The notes under the pieces were generated by a model. That model was not told where the DNA came from and made no database searches. It was given only the letters and a program-made list of their open reading frames with translations. A DNA stretch of 60,227 nucleotides, the filler included, from Hausera hauseri (taxonomy: Eukaryota), in the NCBI GenBank assembly GCA_046269625.1. It is 10 parts of 10 records of this genome, joined end to end, with 100 filler letters (N's around TTAATTAATTAA, not from the genome) between each part and the next. Parts side by side here need not be neighbours in the genome. Positions count along the whole stretch, not along the records: positions 1 to 4,634 come from JBJURY010495908.1; positions 4,735 to 9,253 come from JBJURY010543786.1; positions 9,354 to 13,868 come from JBJURY010545898.1; 7 more parts are not named here. The stretch is one strand, 5' to 3'. Position 1 is the first letter of the stretch; every line of letters begins with the position of its first letter. The position numbers and the translations under genes were made by a program. This document shows, piece by piece, positions 1 to 13,260 of this stretch.

Positions 1-855
1 CAAAGTAAATATCTATTGTTTACAATGAAAACAAACCGGTATGAACAAATTTGATATAAATATGGATGCTATTTCATATCATGTTTGTCTTATTAAAAAA
101 TATCTTTGGAAAACAATACAGAAGGTGACAGTCTCTCAAAAAAGCCAAGGTACAGCAAATATTCGCTCAGAAATTCCCGGCTGTATAATGGATAAAACTT
201 ACATTATCTGCGTAACGCTATTCAATTGCCATTGACGCATACGGTCAAAATCGAACCGGTGAAATATTGTCTATAGATGAAAAAGATCAGCAACGATAAT
301 TTGGATACGACGGAAGATATAATTAGAGACGTTGACAGTGACTTGGTGTTGAGTAACGATATTCGAGATACATCGTCGATTTTTCTCAAAGGAAATATGG
401 TAAAAATTGTCGGTTCACATGGCGGAGAAACAGCAGAGGCAGTTTTCCCACCGGAAGGAGCTAAAGGCTACCTGACACTGAAACTCAAATGATTCAAGGA
501 AAGGAGCGGCGTCAAATCTACAATATAGAAAATGGGGAAGTTTACTATGATTTAACTGTCCTACTTTGTGTTTTTGTGATTTTAATTTTTCTCCGATCAA
601 TAAATAAATGTAATCGTGTTACATATTTTGTTTTCTCGTACAAGGTTATTGTTTTACTTTTACTTCTATCTTACTTAATAATAATAGGTTAAGTAAGTAA
701 CCGAAAACAAAACAGAAAAGACACTGAAAAAGTACATTATTATCATTGAAATAAAACTATGTACAAAAGATAATTGTCAATAATTGTCACAATATCTATA
801 CCAGATTGATTTGCCTGTATCTGATCTGATATGATATCACCGAACGTGTTTTATT

Positions 856-3800
856 TCAACCTCCAATGTCCACACGGCGAACTCTTATTTGTCCCACCAA
901 CTTTCGCTTATCATAGTTACATGACAAAGCGACTTTCACACTAGTTATTGTATATAGCTGGTTCTCAATTGATCGGATGATCGTTTGAGACACAACAGCC
1001 ACTGGTTGTCCTCCTTCTGCTGCTGCTGCTTCTTCATATATAAAGCGATAATTACTGTGACCGATTTCCGTCTGTCTTAGCTGAACTCCTTTTGCCTGCA
1101 TTTTCGGTCCACAGTCCGTCAGAAGACTGTAGCACTTTGGCGTAGGAATATCCATTCCCGATACAGGACATGACCTTCACTTTCATCCTTGAAGCAGCCG
1201 ATTTCATTGGTGATCGCGCTGCTGTATAACGGATGATCCAGTGAGTAGTTGGACGTGTCCAGTAATCCATATGACTGCATTAGCTGCAGTAGCTGTTTGC
1301 GATTGACGCCTTTCAGCCGCAAGAAAAACTGTCTGTGTCACCGGCAATTATGTCAACATTGCAGCCGTCAAACATTTGCCGGTAACGTGACAAGTCGCGA
1401 TACTCCAGCTCATACATCTGCAACTTGCTCAGGTCCAATACCACTTGTCCTATATAACTTGGTAGGTACAGTACGATTTCGTCCCTGTTTAACAGCACCG
1501 CAACCAATCCATCGGCAATGTGCGTTGACTACCAAAACTGTGCGTTGGTGGTATAAGTAACCAGCTGCTTTTCCGAGTTACATAGGCGCACATTGAGCCG
1601 CTATTTCAGATTCTCTAGGGAATTGTTTTTCAGCTTGTAGTAGTCCTTTTCGAACTGTGTACAAGCTGCGTCTCGCTTCTCTGAATTTCCATCCATGTAT
1701 GCCTTAAATATGGGAGCCTGAGAAAATGGGATTGCAAGATGCAGTTGTGTGACGCGTAAACCTGGCGGACAGTGGTTAAATGGTGTGAGCGGCGAATCGT
1801 CCAAAGCGTCATGCAGCTCATTTAGTATCTTGATACCGACCTACATTAGGTATCCGATTGAGCCTACCATGTCTTCTCGTGATAAGTTGATAATTATGTC
1901 GTCCGGATCTTGTCTGTCAACTACCATTCAAATGAACCGCCAATGGACCACGTAATTCAGATTTGGTTTATGCGTCATGAGCAGTTTCTTTACTTTTGAG
2001 CCTGGCGGACATTGGTTAAATGGTGCAACCGGTAAATCGTCCAAAACGTCATGCAGCTCACCCGGTACCACTAGATAGACCTCCATCAGGTATCCGACTG
2101 ACTCTGCCATGTCTGCTCGTAATAGGTCGACTACTATGTCGTCCAGATTTGGTCTATTGACAACCCATTCAAATGAACCGTACGGCAAGGGTTGCGAAAT
2201 CGCCCAGCCATACAGGTTATTAATATAAATATACAGCAGTGATGTGGTATCGGTGGCACTGACATGATGCTTGTTGACCAATGTCATGCCGCCGCAAATA
2301 CCAACATCAAACAGCCGGTACATTTCTGGATCTTTCAGCAGCTCAATGTCTCGATCCAGTGACATTAGAACTGACGCCAAACTCATTCCCGGCATGGAAT
2401 AAAAGTTGAGTGACACCAGCCTATCTTCAGCCAACGCTTTCGCTCGAAAGGCCTGGAACACATCGGCTAACAGGTACACGTTCAGTTTAAGATACTGGCG
2501 TATGTAATCCAACATGTTTCTACAGCGGAGATCTGTCCAACACCTCTGTGCTTGCCGGTATTCATCCTCTGCGATACCTGTCCATCGCGGCGGTAATTCC
2601 TCTGCTGTCCGGAGTCGCTCATACGATGTTGCAAAATCATATGGAAATATGCCTTTGCTGCGTGCAATGTGCGGAGAACTGCGTCAGTGATATCGGCACA
2701 TCTGGCAAGGCATTTACAAGCTTTGCCAATGATTCATTGAGAAATTGCAATGAATCAAGGAAGCATACCTGGAACCGGTTTATACGAGCAGACGGTGACA
2801 GGTATTTCTCCATCGTAATCGGAATTATGGATAGTTCCCAGTGCGGAAATCCGTTTATTGTCCATTTCAAAATATGGTGACAATCATAACCCCTGAAGTT
2901 ATAAAATACCGCCGGTAAGAATGGCTACACACGTCTTGCTAAATTTCATGAATTGCATGCGGCTCCGAGATATCGACCAGTAAAATGATCGTGATCCCGT
3001 ACCAGCCGTTCCAGTGCGTCAAACAGTAATATTTTGTGGCAGACGTAACATTCACTTGTGACTGTAAACGTCAGGCGTTCATCTTCATCTGTCAACATCA
3101 ATGCTTTATTGCCATTTCTACTGTACCATTGTGTAATTTCAGTTTTCCCTATGGTTTGCAACTGCTGCAAGAAATCGCGTACACAATTCCATCAGTGGAA
3201 AACATAATACTGATGTTGACTTGCAGCTTTTATTGGGACAACCAACATACCGACAGCAATTGGAACATGTTTTGGTTATATATGTTGTGCCCTGGTAAGA
3301 TAGCTTCAATATTGGCATTTAATACGTATGCCAGACTGTCTGTTTTTAACCAATCAGTGAACCTGAGTTTTTTTGACGGGGATGACGTACATTTTGGTTC
3401 CTGACGAATTTTGTCTACACAGAGTCACATGTTTCTCTCATGTTGTTTCCAACCTGAATCCCTAAAGACATACAGGAAACCATTTACACTGTATCCATTT
3501 TTGGAGGAAATGGTCATGCTCCATATTCAGTAGTCTGTCCCGATTAGTCACTACAACGCAAAGATACTTTTCTTTTTGTTCCAGTAGCAACATATTTACT
3601 GAGCGGTCATTTTTGTTCCGACTACGATAGATTATATCCGCATGAGGATTTTGTAAATTTCTTCATCCACCGGTATTTCTACGATTGTTTTGTACCGGAA
3701 CACGTTGACGGCCAGTGTCGGATTACGCCATTCAAAAGCCGAAATTGATTTCAGTTTTATCGGCATCCAGCTTTCATCCAAATCCAATTCGGAAAAATAT

Positions 3801-4530
3801 TTTTGATACTGTTTTGGACGAGATGCACTATGTATGTCTACTTCATCATATTTCAATACCACCAATATACTGTAAAGAAAACAGTATTCATCGTTAGTAT
3901 TTTTTACATTCACTACCGCCAGAGACTGCTTCAGATCTGTAGGTGTCGGTATGAATGATCGTCCAGACAAATATATTATGTCACTCGACTTTGTTATGAT
4001 AAATCCGAGGATGACAATGCGTATAATTCGCCAACCACTATCCTTTTCCGAGTAGTTGGCGATTTTCTATTCGAACTTTTCTCCTACGTCGGCAATAAAA
4101 TCACTGGTATATGGTAGCGCTCGATGTGACAGGTACCATTGTTTCCTGTTACCTTCAACGTTTAAAAATTCTGAATGTGCATAATATTGCACTTTGCAGT
4201 GGTGGTGTTGGAATTTCTCCACTTCTGATTCCAATCGGTTGCGCACATTTTGCGGAAAATGTCCCAATTGCGTTGTTGCTGTTGTTGTTTTCGTCGACAT
4301 GTTGGCTTTTATGCCCACGTACGATCTGTTCAGATCGTACTTGATATTAATGTCGGATACCTGTTGCATCTGTTCGTCTTGATGTTGCTGCTCCTGCTGA
4401 TCCTGCTCTTGCTCTTCTTCTTGCAGCTCGGTGCTGGTTCTGATGTATTTTTCCAGACTTGTTTATGCCTTGCGTTTCCTACTGGTTGTTTTTGGTGGTG
4501 GTGGGATACTGCTGATTTTGTTGATTCCAT
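856..4530 (-). pseudogene. Polinton/Maverick protein-primed DNA polymerase B (pPolB), copy 1, many stops/frameshifts
   Basis: Fragments in expected order: SGRSFIPTP..AVVNVKNTNDEYCFLYSIL (N-terminal region), CYVC..VRDHDHFTGRYLGAACN (endoVII-like), FLDSLQFLNESLAKLV, YLKLNVYLLADVFQAFR, LLYIYINNLYGWAISQPLPYG (motif A), YYKLKNNS (motif B), AGDTDS (motif C), KGV, KVALSCNYDKR. Boundaries approximate. Confidence 0.93.
1741..2180. repeat. Diverged ~200-bp direct duplication (period 240 bp) inside pPolB
   Basis: 1741-1940 and 1981-2180 share cctggcggaca.tggttaaatggtg, atcgtccaaa.cgtcatgcagctca, aggtatccga and ccattcaaatgaaccg; both encode ELHD.LDD.P..PFN.CPPG on the minus strand. Confidence 0.9.
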
Positions 4531-4634
4531 TAATATTTGTTTTTTCGACCACCGCTAAAACTGGTTTAAGTGGTCCTGGTGCTCATTGTAAAATTGTTCA
4601 TAGTTGATTTGATCATCAACTATAGAACAACCGG

Positions 4635-4734
4635 NNNNNNNNNNNNNNNNNNNNNNNNNNNNNNNNNNNNNNNNNNNNTTAATTAATTAANNNNNNNNNN
4701 NNNNNNNNNNNNNNNNNNNNNNNNNNNNNNNNNN
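4635..4734. other. Artificial contig-joining spacer (same spacer at 9254-9353, 13869-13968, 21487-21586, 33369-33468, 37621-37720, 41973-42072, 49589-49688, 55339-55438)
   Basis: 44 N + TTAATTAATTAA (stops in all six frames) + 44 N, nine times. Confidence 0.99.
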
Positions 4735-7700
4735 TTTCCCTAGGACTTTCTTGTTGGCAATTGAATAGTTGAGGTGTTCCTTTGGTTAGTCCGAGGTATC
4801 CATGTGTTGAGACAATTGGGCAAAATCCTGATAAATGCCCTCAGTATAGATCTGATAGCTGAAACTATCATTATCCATATACATCAGCTGCATAAACTTG
4901 AATGTGGGGACCAAGATGTCGTAGTGGAAATTGTACATTAGGGTCTTTGATAGATCCAATAATGCCATACCCACATATATGGGCTTGTTGAATACCAATG
5001 CTGTTTTTAGCATATGGATTCCTACCAAGTTCTTAGTATATATTGTGCTGCTATGAAAGTTAGGCTTGGCAATTAGCTTCTTTGCCCGCTTCCAGTCACA
5101 TACCGGCTCGATATTTATCCTATTGTGGATATTCTCCATAGTCTTGCCAAAAACGCTGTTGTTATATAGTTTGAATTGGTCATTCTCAAAGTCGTTCTTG
5201 GCATGAGTTCGCAGCTTCGTATTGAGGTCTATGTATGACTGCAGCCACATAGACTGGCTGAACTGCAGGGCTTTATGGATCTTAGTAAAACGACGTCCAT
5301 GTCTAACGGCTTGCTGGAAATTGATATAGTGAACTACATACCTCTCCCTATTATCTAGGTGGCAGAGCAGCTTTCACTGTTTTCCATGGGGCGGAGGCTT
5401 GCTCTGACGGAGGAAAGGCAGCTGTTGATGCCTTGTGTGGATAGGAGCCGGATATTCCATAACTACCTCCAGTATGTATCCCGTATATCCAGTGGGATCC
5501 GAGTCCAATATAGGAATGTTTTCAGGATTCTCGACCCATTTGAAGTTATCATATGGCAATGGGGCGCTCATTGCCCATCCATATAAGTTGTTGGCATCCA
5601 GGTATGATATAGATGAGATTCCTTGGATGGATCATACTGGGCCATATACTTGTTGTTGGTCTCACTATACCGATGAATGGCCTGATATATTCCGCCTCTA
5701 ATGCCTCTCTCGATCATAAGGATCATATCATATTCCTTAATGATCTGCAGCCTAATACCAGTATAGCGCAGCATTGCTGCTCAACTCATTCCTGCAGCCG
5801 TAAAAAAATGAGCAGGATCCAAATCATGGCTCTTCATTGTAACATCCCTGAAACTCTCAAAGACATTTGTCAGCAGCAGCATGTCTGTCTTCACGTATAT
5901 GTCGCTGTATTCCCCTATTGTGCTGCATTGGAATGTTGCCGGACATTCTGAGCACGCTAGTTGTCAGCACCACTGATATCGAAATCAGAAAGGATATTGT
6001 AAAAGTCCTTCTTGGCCGGCAATGAGGTCTCATGCAGTGTTTTCCATGAAGTTTTATATTCATAGGGAAACACACTTTCCTGTTGACTAAATCCAAGATA
6101 GTGGGGAAGAATCGCTTCGCCTCTTCGAGTTCTTCTTCAGGGAGGTTCTTCACTAAACTGTCCAGTTAAGACGACATGAAACGAAAGCTGTCTATGAAGC
6201 GAAGCCTGATTTTCCCAACATGCTTCGTAAATGTGATGTATTTTTCCTCACTGCTTGGGATAACATCTATATTACCATCAATGCTGCCTAATTCTCGGAC
6301 TATGAAATGGGAATCATAGCAACTGAGATTATGGAACACAACAGACACATATGTGCATGTTTTGCAGCGAATATTGCAGTTGTTTCATGTTGCCCCTCGA
6401 TATGCACCTGTAAAATGGCAGTGATTCTTAACTTTCCAATTTTCCTTGTTGAAGGACTTGTCACACAAGTAGCATGATGCTGCCTTGTGCCATTCTTCTT
6501 CTTGTTTCCACGATATGCTCATATTATATTTACGCTCCTGAAGCATGTTTTTAAGCTTGTGAACCATGTCTTCAAGTCTCTTCATGAAATGCGCTGCTGA
6601 ACCTGGACCTCGGAATAGAAATGGCGCAATGTCCAGTCCTTTGGCATAATATTGGTATGCCGTTGTGCTGCTATATTGAGGACTGGGAGTGTAGCGGTGA
6701 ATTGGATGCAGGATCGCTTCAAAGTCTCAATAGACGACAATTGGGACCTTGAGCTTCTTCTCGAATTCCTTGAATTCAATGTAGGTCTCTTTGGGGAATT
6801 TTGACCTGATACAGCAATTGTTGTTGCAGTACATCTTATACTCTGCAAGCTTATCCACTGCAGTATCACTGCTAAAATGGGACAAGCACCGTTTGCATAT
6901 TTCTATTCTTTCCTTATGTTTCGTAATTTGGGATCTGACTAGACGTTCAAAATTCTTTATCCAGATGAAATGCCTCTTTTTACCGTCATTTAGTGGGAGT
7001 AGATCCCTATGATCTTCCAATTCAGCATCACATATCTGCAGGAATAGAATTTGCGTTCATCATCCAATGCAAAGATATTGGTGGACATGTTGTTGATTTG
7101 CCCGATTTTTTTGACTTCATCTATGGATGGTGGGAACTTAATACATTGGAAATCATAGTTGTGCTGCAGATCACTATATAGCCAAACTCGTTCTGCTGCA
7201 TGTTTTTGATCCCATACGAGTTTACATAAAATGGCATACATGAAATACTTGTTGACATCATTAAGGTCATTGACGCATGCTTTTTATTAGCGATCCAATC
7301 AGAGAGCTGAACATATGAACACATCGCATGGGAGAGTACTTGTGAACATACACAAGCAATCTCTTGATGGTTGTCAAGGTCCATCTGCTCTTCTTATCCT
7401 GGCTGTCATCGGCTTCATAAACCAGCTTCAAATGCTCTTCATGCAGCCATTCTGCTATATTGGTGACTTCAAAAATGGGTATTATTTTGGTCTTGAATGC
7501 CCTTTTGAACTCTTCGCCATCAACATTGACGTATGTGGCCTCAAGTTTCATACTAACCTTAAGGGCCTTGAGCTCAGCTATGTTGTCCTGGAAAATCCCT
7601 ATTGTTTCTTCCTCTGTGTACTCCAGGAACTCCGTGATAATTGTTTGACCAGCTGCATCAATGACATATTTGCGGACTTTTCTCTTTAATTCTGCAGCAT

Positions 7701-7899
7701 TAACTGACGGCTGTCTTTGGCTTTTTAATTGGGCCGCTACGCCTGATGGGCCTGATGCGCCTGATGGTCCTGATTCGCGTTTTAGTCCTGCATTTAAATG
7801 TACTGCTGCATCTGGCTGTAGTACTGCAGGCTGTGATGCTGCAACTGGCTTATGTTCATTAAAGATGATCTTCTTTGACTTTGATGCGAAGTCAGTCAA
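4735..7899 (-). pseudogene. Polinton/Maverick pPolB, copy 2 (different family), degraded and 3'-truncated by contig end
   Basis: SRWTLTTIKRLLVYVHKYSP, HFIWIKNFERLVRSQITKHK..CKRCLSHF, KVPIVVY, CYLC..VKNHCHFTGAYRGA, VVFHNLSCYDSHFI, RFIDSFRFMSS, ERGIRGGI, MSAPLPY, WLQSYIDLNTKLR..FKLYNNSVFGKTMENI, KPIYVGMALLDLSK, YMDNDS. Confidence 0.95.
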
Positions 7900-8153
7900 A
7901 TGATGTTTGTGATATTCATAAAACTGTATGTATTCTCCATTACAGCATCACATCCTGGGCAGATATAATAGATGATCCTATTGAATTTGTGCCAATAATA
8001 GCTCCTCATGGTATTGTGGCAATTCTCAGGGTTGTGTACTGAACATGTGCAATACACATATAAATTGAATCCTTGATTTTCCTTTGGCACGAAAGTCGTT
8101 ATTGGCATATTGGTACTGAATGTTTGATTTTTCGACATGGTGAAGGAAATCAA
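7896..8153 (-). CDS. Small Cys/His-rich ORF directly upstream of pPolB copy 2 (possible Zn-binding Polinton ORF)
   Basis: CTC..H....C ... CPGC pattern; abuts the polB start on the same strand. Confidence 0.35.
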   Translation of the reverse strand: MISFTMSKNQTFSTNMPITTFVPKENQGFNLYVYCTCSVHNPENCHNTMRSYYWHKFNRIIYYICPGCDAVMENTYSFMNITNII

Positions 8154-10084
8154 GTGTTGTTTATGGACATTGTAAAAGTCTCCATAACTGGTTTGGCACA
8201 GAACCTCACATGTAGGTCATATATAATACGGAACCCTGTTGTAAATATGGCTAAAGTACTTTTTCATAATACTGTGGCAATTTCCAGGCTCATGGATTTG
8301 AGCCAAGCATTCTCGGTAAAGTTTGCACATCTAAAATCAACCAATTATTTGAGGACCACAATTAAAAACTCATCATTCGTTGACGTGATATTGGAAATAA
8401 TGAAAAATATAGCCATATTACCATGTATTGCCCCGCTTATTGATCGGTTTTAATGCATGAATTAAATTAAATGATTATTAGCACCAAATTTAAGTTTCTC
8501 GACCATGGGGAATCGATCGACGTCATTAGATTCTTCGAATAATGCATGCTTGATCAAATATTCGAATTCGAATAGCTAAATATTCGACTTGAAAGCTTGA
8601 AGGCAAATATCTAACATCACATTCAGATTCGGCATATACACTTTCCTATCTGTGCCCGCTTATAGATTTATTGTTTTCCGCTTCACTGCACTTTAAATGT
8701 ACAGTTTGCTTAATTCGAAACATTGATTTTCTATCTATATAGTACAATTTCATGGAATAATTTTTATGTGTAAGGGGTTTTTCATACATGAGAAATCGAC
8801 TGCCATTGTTAGATTTTTCGAATAGTTCGAACTACGATATTCGAGCTCGAAAATAATCGAATTTTGAATATCTGATTTGAGATTCGAGATCGCCATATTT
8901 GACTTCCTATCTGTTCCCGCTAATTATAATATCGAATTTTGACTCATTAGGACCTAAAAATCCTATTGGACGTCTGTCTGAGTTGCAATTTTGATCGATA
9001 TTATTCGAAAACTAATCGATAAATTTAAATTCTAACTGCACATTCATATACTGCACCACGTTCGTGTCGAATGCATCCGGTTACATGTCTTAATCATCAA
9101 TATTGGAAATATAGAAAATCCGATATTATTGATTTTTGCACACTTGCATGTGTTTTTGCACTGCACAGTATATATCAAGGTGCATCGCGATGTGCTATAT
9201 TTACATGCACTTGACCCCAATCGATTCCATCAAAACTGCGCTGCACAGTGACCNNNNNNNNNNNNNNNNNNNNNNNNNNNNNNNNNNNNNNNNNNNNTTA
9301 ATTAATTAANNNNNNNNNNNNNNNNNNNNNNNNNNNNNNNNNNNNNNNNNNNNCCACAGTCCCCACGTTGAGAAGTGGATCACTCCTAGGAGGCCAAGCA
9401 TAGCACTCAAGCCTGGAGGACCCCGGTCCATCCTACTAGACTCCAATGGGACAGAAGGAATGCTCAACAAAACCACTCCTGTGGTCCTTTTTAGGGCCAC
9501 GGCCCTTGCCCAGGGCCTATCAACAAGAGCTGACGCTCGTCGATGAGGAGATCAACAACAACAATAACACCAAGGAGAAGGCTACCTCCGAAACTAAACC
9601 TCAACTGTCTTGCGGGAAATCCTGTATTCATGAAAGGCTTTGGAGTAAATTCTGAGGAAAAATCCTGACGAAGGGACAATAAGGCAGTTGATATTAAGGA
9701 CTGTCACAACCTGTATTCTGGCATCTCCTGCAGCTCTGTCTCATTCCCAGATGTATCAATTGTATCTTTCCCTGAGGCAAGTAAGTGGAGATGAGAGGGC
9801 ACTAATGTAACGGTGCTATGGCACATCCTCCATATTATTAGCCCAGGCAAGCAGAAAATGTGTAGAATGGAGATGAAACACCATCCTTGCATTGTTTCCG
9901 TAGCGGTTAGTTTACAGGATCGGGCTGCTAACCCCATATCCCACCATCCTACGTTTTCCTGACCTGGGACTTGCAGCAGACCACAAGGATACTGCACGTG
10001 GAGTTAGGTAAATTACAAGGAATCTTGATACTTTGTTCCCCAAGGTCTCTTGTCTGTAAATGTATTCAAGACATACACGACAAG

Positions 10085-10323
10085 AGTAACATTCGAAAGA
10101 GTTTTAGAAAATGTTTCGAACATGGCCATGTTTTAAGAAGAGAAGGTATGGCGAACTAGGTTACGACAGGCGAAATACCAGTAAATAGAATTAGTGAACA
10201 CATAGGATACAGTGCCTAGCTGACTTGCGTGAATGGGTCGTAAGTGGGTCAATAGCAGAGATGATTGAAGATACCAGGAATCGCGAGAGATTGAGAACCG
10301 CGACAACCTGATGATGATGATGA
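10085..10323 (+). mobile_element. 3' end remnant of RTE-clade LINE with (TGA)n tail
   Basis: IRK..GHVLRREGMAN*VTTGEI..LREW..TRNRERLR resembles the RTE ORF C-terminus; tgatgatgatgatga at 10309-10323. Confidence 0.7.
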
Positions 10324-10463
10324 TTAGAACATTAGATTATGATTAGGCTTCGACAAAAAATGATGACGGCCTTATACGGACTATTTTATTTTCCAATAAA
10401 TCTTGTCCCTAGATTTGTTCTTATAAATTTGTCGACATTATTGATCTCTTAGTTTGAAACCTG

Positions 10464-10531
10464 AGGTCCGGCGGATGGAATTGAACCCGCGGCACTCGAG
10501 TAATGCACTAATCACTCGGCCACCACGAACC
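10464..10531 (-). pseudogene. tRNA-like sequence (tRNA pseudogene or SINE head)
   Basis: Minus strand has A-box-like TGGCCGAGTGA, B-box GGTTCAATTCC and an acceptor-like pairing GGTTCG/CGGACC; anticodon arm irregular. Confidence 0.55.
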
Positions 10532-10819
10532 AGGATTGTATAAGACAACCACCAAACGGCTGACGGTAAAAAATCAACAAACTCTTGGAAAAGTCACTAA
10601 CTCACGTTTGCTGGATAAGCAAACTGCACATGACAAATTTAAGCAACGGCTCCGAAATCAAGTTTTAAATGTGTGGTAAATCATTGATGTCGATTTCAAT
10701 GCTGTGAGGGTCTGTACTTTTCATGTTGTCATTTATATTAGTACATGTTTTGTCAATAAATTAATTTTCATGATGTCAGTATTACGGATCTCTTAATTGT
10801 AAATGTCGCGTCTTTCGTG

Positions 10820-10891
10820 TCCTCGGTAGTATAGTGGTAAGTATCTCCGCCTGTCACGCGGGAGACTGGGGTTCGATTCCCCGCCGGTTAG
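10820..10891 (+). tRNA. tRNA-Asp(GTC), variant/probable pseudogene
   Basis: Four substitutions versus the 12594 copy; 3' acceptor strand CCGGTTA gives two mismatches with TCCTCGG; T-run downstream. Confidence 0.85.
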
Positions 10892-11227
10892 GAATTGTTT
10901 TTCCCCAATATTTGTTGGTAATGTAATTGACATTGCAATTCTTGAGCTGCGATTACATAAAATATGCAACAATAAAAGCAATGTTCACTTTAACATTGAA
11001 GCAAACTCTTGAAAGAAACATCCTGTTTATTACCATGTACACAAACGGACCACAATCACCTGATGACATGGCTAGTTGAGATTGACTGAGAAGTTCAATA
11101 ATTGTACACAGAATACTTGAAAATAATATTAGAGGATGGCATCTTTTAAAAATAAAATATACAGCTATAAAATGTATTTTTACTTTAAAATTAAAGCAAA
11201 CACTTAAGAGAAACATCCCATTTATTA

Positions 11228-12108
11228 CAGTGGCGGAGCGTGGATTTTTCAGAGTGTTAGCACATTATATTATTTGTCAAATGTCACTACTCACCACTGT
11301 TTACCCATAGATTAAGTCATTAAGAAAAGTTTTTACTAGTTAAGATAAGATCAGGTAAAATAGATAAGATTATTATTTAACCAGGGTTGAGAAATTGGCA
11401 GTACTGCCTTTTTATATTTCTGCCCTGGGAGTAGATTGCTCCCAGAATTTTTTTCCCGGACAGCGGCCGTTAGGCCTACTCTTTTTCGATTTCCAACGGC
11501 CAAGGAATTTTGAACGCGAACGATAATGAACACGGACATCCGATCTCACTACCCAGAGAAATGGGGAATTTATTACTAGAAATTCCAAGAGAAGAAAGTC
11601 AAAAGTGCTTCCACTGGGATTCGAACAAATACCTCTAGCACTCGAGTCGAACGGAAGAGCAAATTTCAAATGCTTTCACGAGGATTTGAAATTACTTAAT
11701 TATATTAGTTAAATTAAGAAATAGTTTACCTCTGTATTGTCTGGTCTAAAATTCTTGAAGGAAATAGTGACTACGTAGGTCCTGTGGAGCCGTATTGAAA
11801 CAATACTCTCTTCTGAAGATAATTTTTAAAAGTAGAAATAATGCTAAGTACACATCCGTTCGTCTGAACTGTGACCTGTCTGCATTTGACGAGTTGCTAA
11901 CATTGAGTTGAATGCAGATGGCTAATTTTAAAAAGAAATACGTAACGGGATTGTCGGATCATCACAATACCCCACCGCCCCAGCTCAACTATGTTAGCGA
12001 GAACAACTTGTGACACGTTGCGGTAAAGGAGCGAGGGGGTAACAAAGGCTAAGAAAAATGCTTTTTTTCCCTACTGCTAAATTTGTGAACATAAAAGCAC
12101 CGCCACTG
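11228..12108. mobile_element. Non-autonomous hAT-type DNA transposon (881 bp)
   Basis: TIRs CAGTGGCGGAGC / GCACCGCCACTG; exact 8-bp TSD ATTTATTA at 11220-11227 and 12109-12116; empty-site paralog at ~11010-11050. Confidence 0.88.
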
Positions 12109-12593
12109 ATTTATTACCATATACACAAACAGACCACATTACCTGATGAAATGGCTAGTTGAGATTGTACACAGAATACCTGAATAGAATATTAGAGGAT
12201 GGTTTCTTTTTCTCCTTGCTTACATTGAGGGACGCTGAGACTTGAGATCGCTTCGCGATCTTATTCAGGGCCAGGAACCAACATACTGACCAAATCTTCC
12301 AACACTTCCACGCATGGCGTCCTGGATACAGAGGCAATTTTGGCCAACGTTGGAAGAATCGCCCACGGTCCCTAGCTGAGAGATATCCGATCACTTCTAG
12401 GAAGCCAAACATTGCACTATAGCTTGGAGGACCGCACTCCACCTTCCCAGACTCCACTGGAACAGCAGGAATGCTCAACACAACTATTCCTGAGTCCATC
12501 TTAGGACTACAGCTGTACTAAACTTTGTAACAAAGTTGATTTCATGAAGTCAGTATTTTCGATAACATAGTTGTACAAACAACACCTTACGTG

Positions 12594-12665
12594 TCCTCGG
12601 TAGTATAGTGGTAAGTATCCCCGCCTGTCACGCGGGAGACCGGGGTTCGATTCCCCGCCGGGGAG
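12594..12665 (+). tRNA. tRNA-Asp(GTC), canonical
   Basis: TCCTCGGTAGTATAGTGGTAAGTATCCCCGCCTGTCACGCGGGAGACCGGGGTTCGATTCCCCGCCGGGGAG; full cloverleaf, no encoded CCA (eukaryotic). Confidence 0.97.
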
Positions 12666-12670
12666 GAGAG

Positions 12671-12677
12671 TTTTTTT
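12671..12677 (+). terminator. Pol III terminator (T7) for tRNA-Asp
   Basis: TTTTTTT starting 6 nt after the discriminator base. Confidence 0.8.
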
Positions 12678-12959
12678 GTTAAATATTCTATAAAATAATA
12701 TAATTGATTTTACCTGTGGTTGTGTGATTGCATGAAATATATACACATACAATTTTTTTTTTTAATTTTAGAAATGAAGGAAACTGAAAAGAATCGTCCG
12801 GTATGTTACCTTAAGAACAAACTATCCACTTATTTCCATATTGCTTTTCTTGTATTCATCATTAATAGAACTGATAATCGCAGAAGAGCCTAAACTTAAT
12901 AGATGCATTGTGCTTCAGGGCAGAGCAAAAGACTTTTCCTTCTTCATACGCTTTCAGAC

Positions 12960-13260
12960 ATTAACTTGAATTTGTTTAAAGACAATATCTGTCTTCTTGA
13001 GGCCATCAGCTCCTCCACACAGCTTGTCTTGGACGGTCACTGAGGTTGGCTACTGAAGCTTTCTCTGTTCCTCGTATAATTTGCAATCCTGCATTAGGTG
13101 TTCAGCTGTCATTTTCTCTGTACTGCAGTCACACTGATTGGTGGTTCCTACCTTCAATCTATTGAGCATGTGTTATTTAAGTCTGTTGTGTCGTGTGCGG
13201 AGTCGAAATATGGAAACTGTTATTTTGTGTTTAGCTGGTGGTAGGCGTTACTTTTCTTGT
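12960..13260 (-). mobile_element. 3' remnant of a non-LTR retrotransposon ORF2 (C-terminal CCHC knuckle; I/R1-group-like)
   Basis: Minus strand reads IFRLRTRHNRLK*HMLNRLKVGTTNQCDCSTEKMTAEHLMQDCKLYEEQR. Confidence 0.75.

Noticed and set aside
41-692. Small plus-strand ORFs converging on pPolB copy 1
   Set aside because: May be Polinton genes (converging AATAAA signals), but no motif supports any product.
9225-9253. CACAGTG heptamer / CAC-starting TIR (RSS/Transib-like) at contig end
   Set aside because: No nonamer, partner TIR or TSD visible; a 7-mer can occur by chance.
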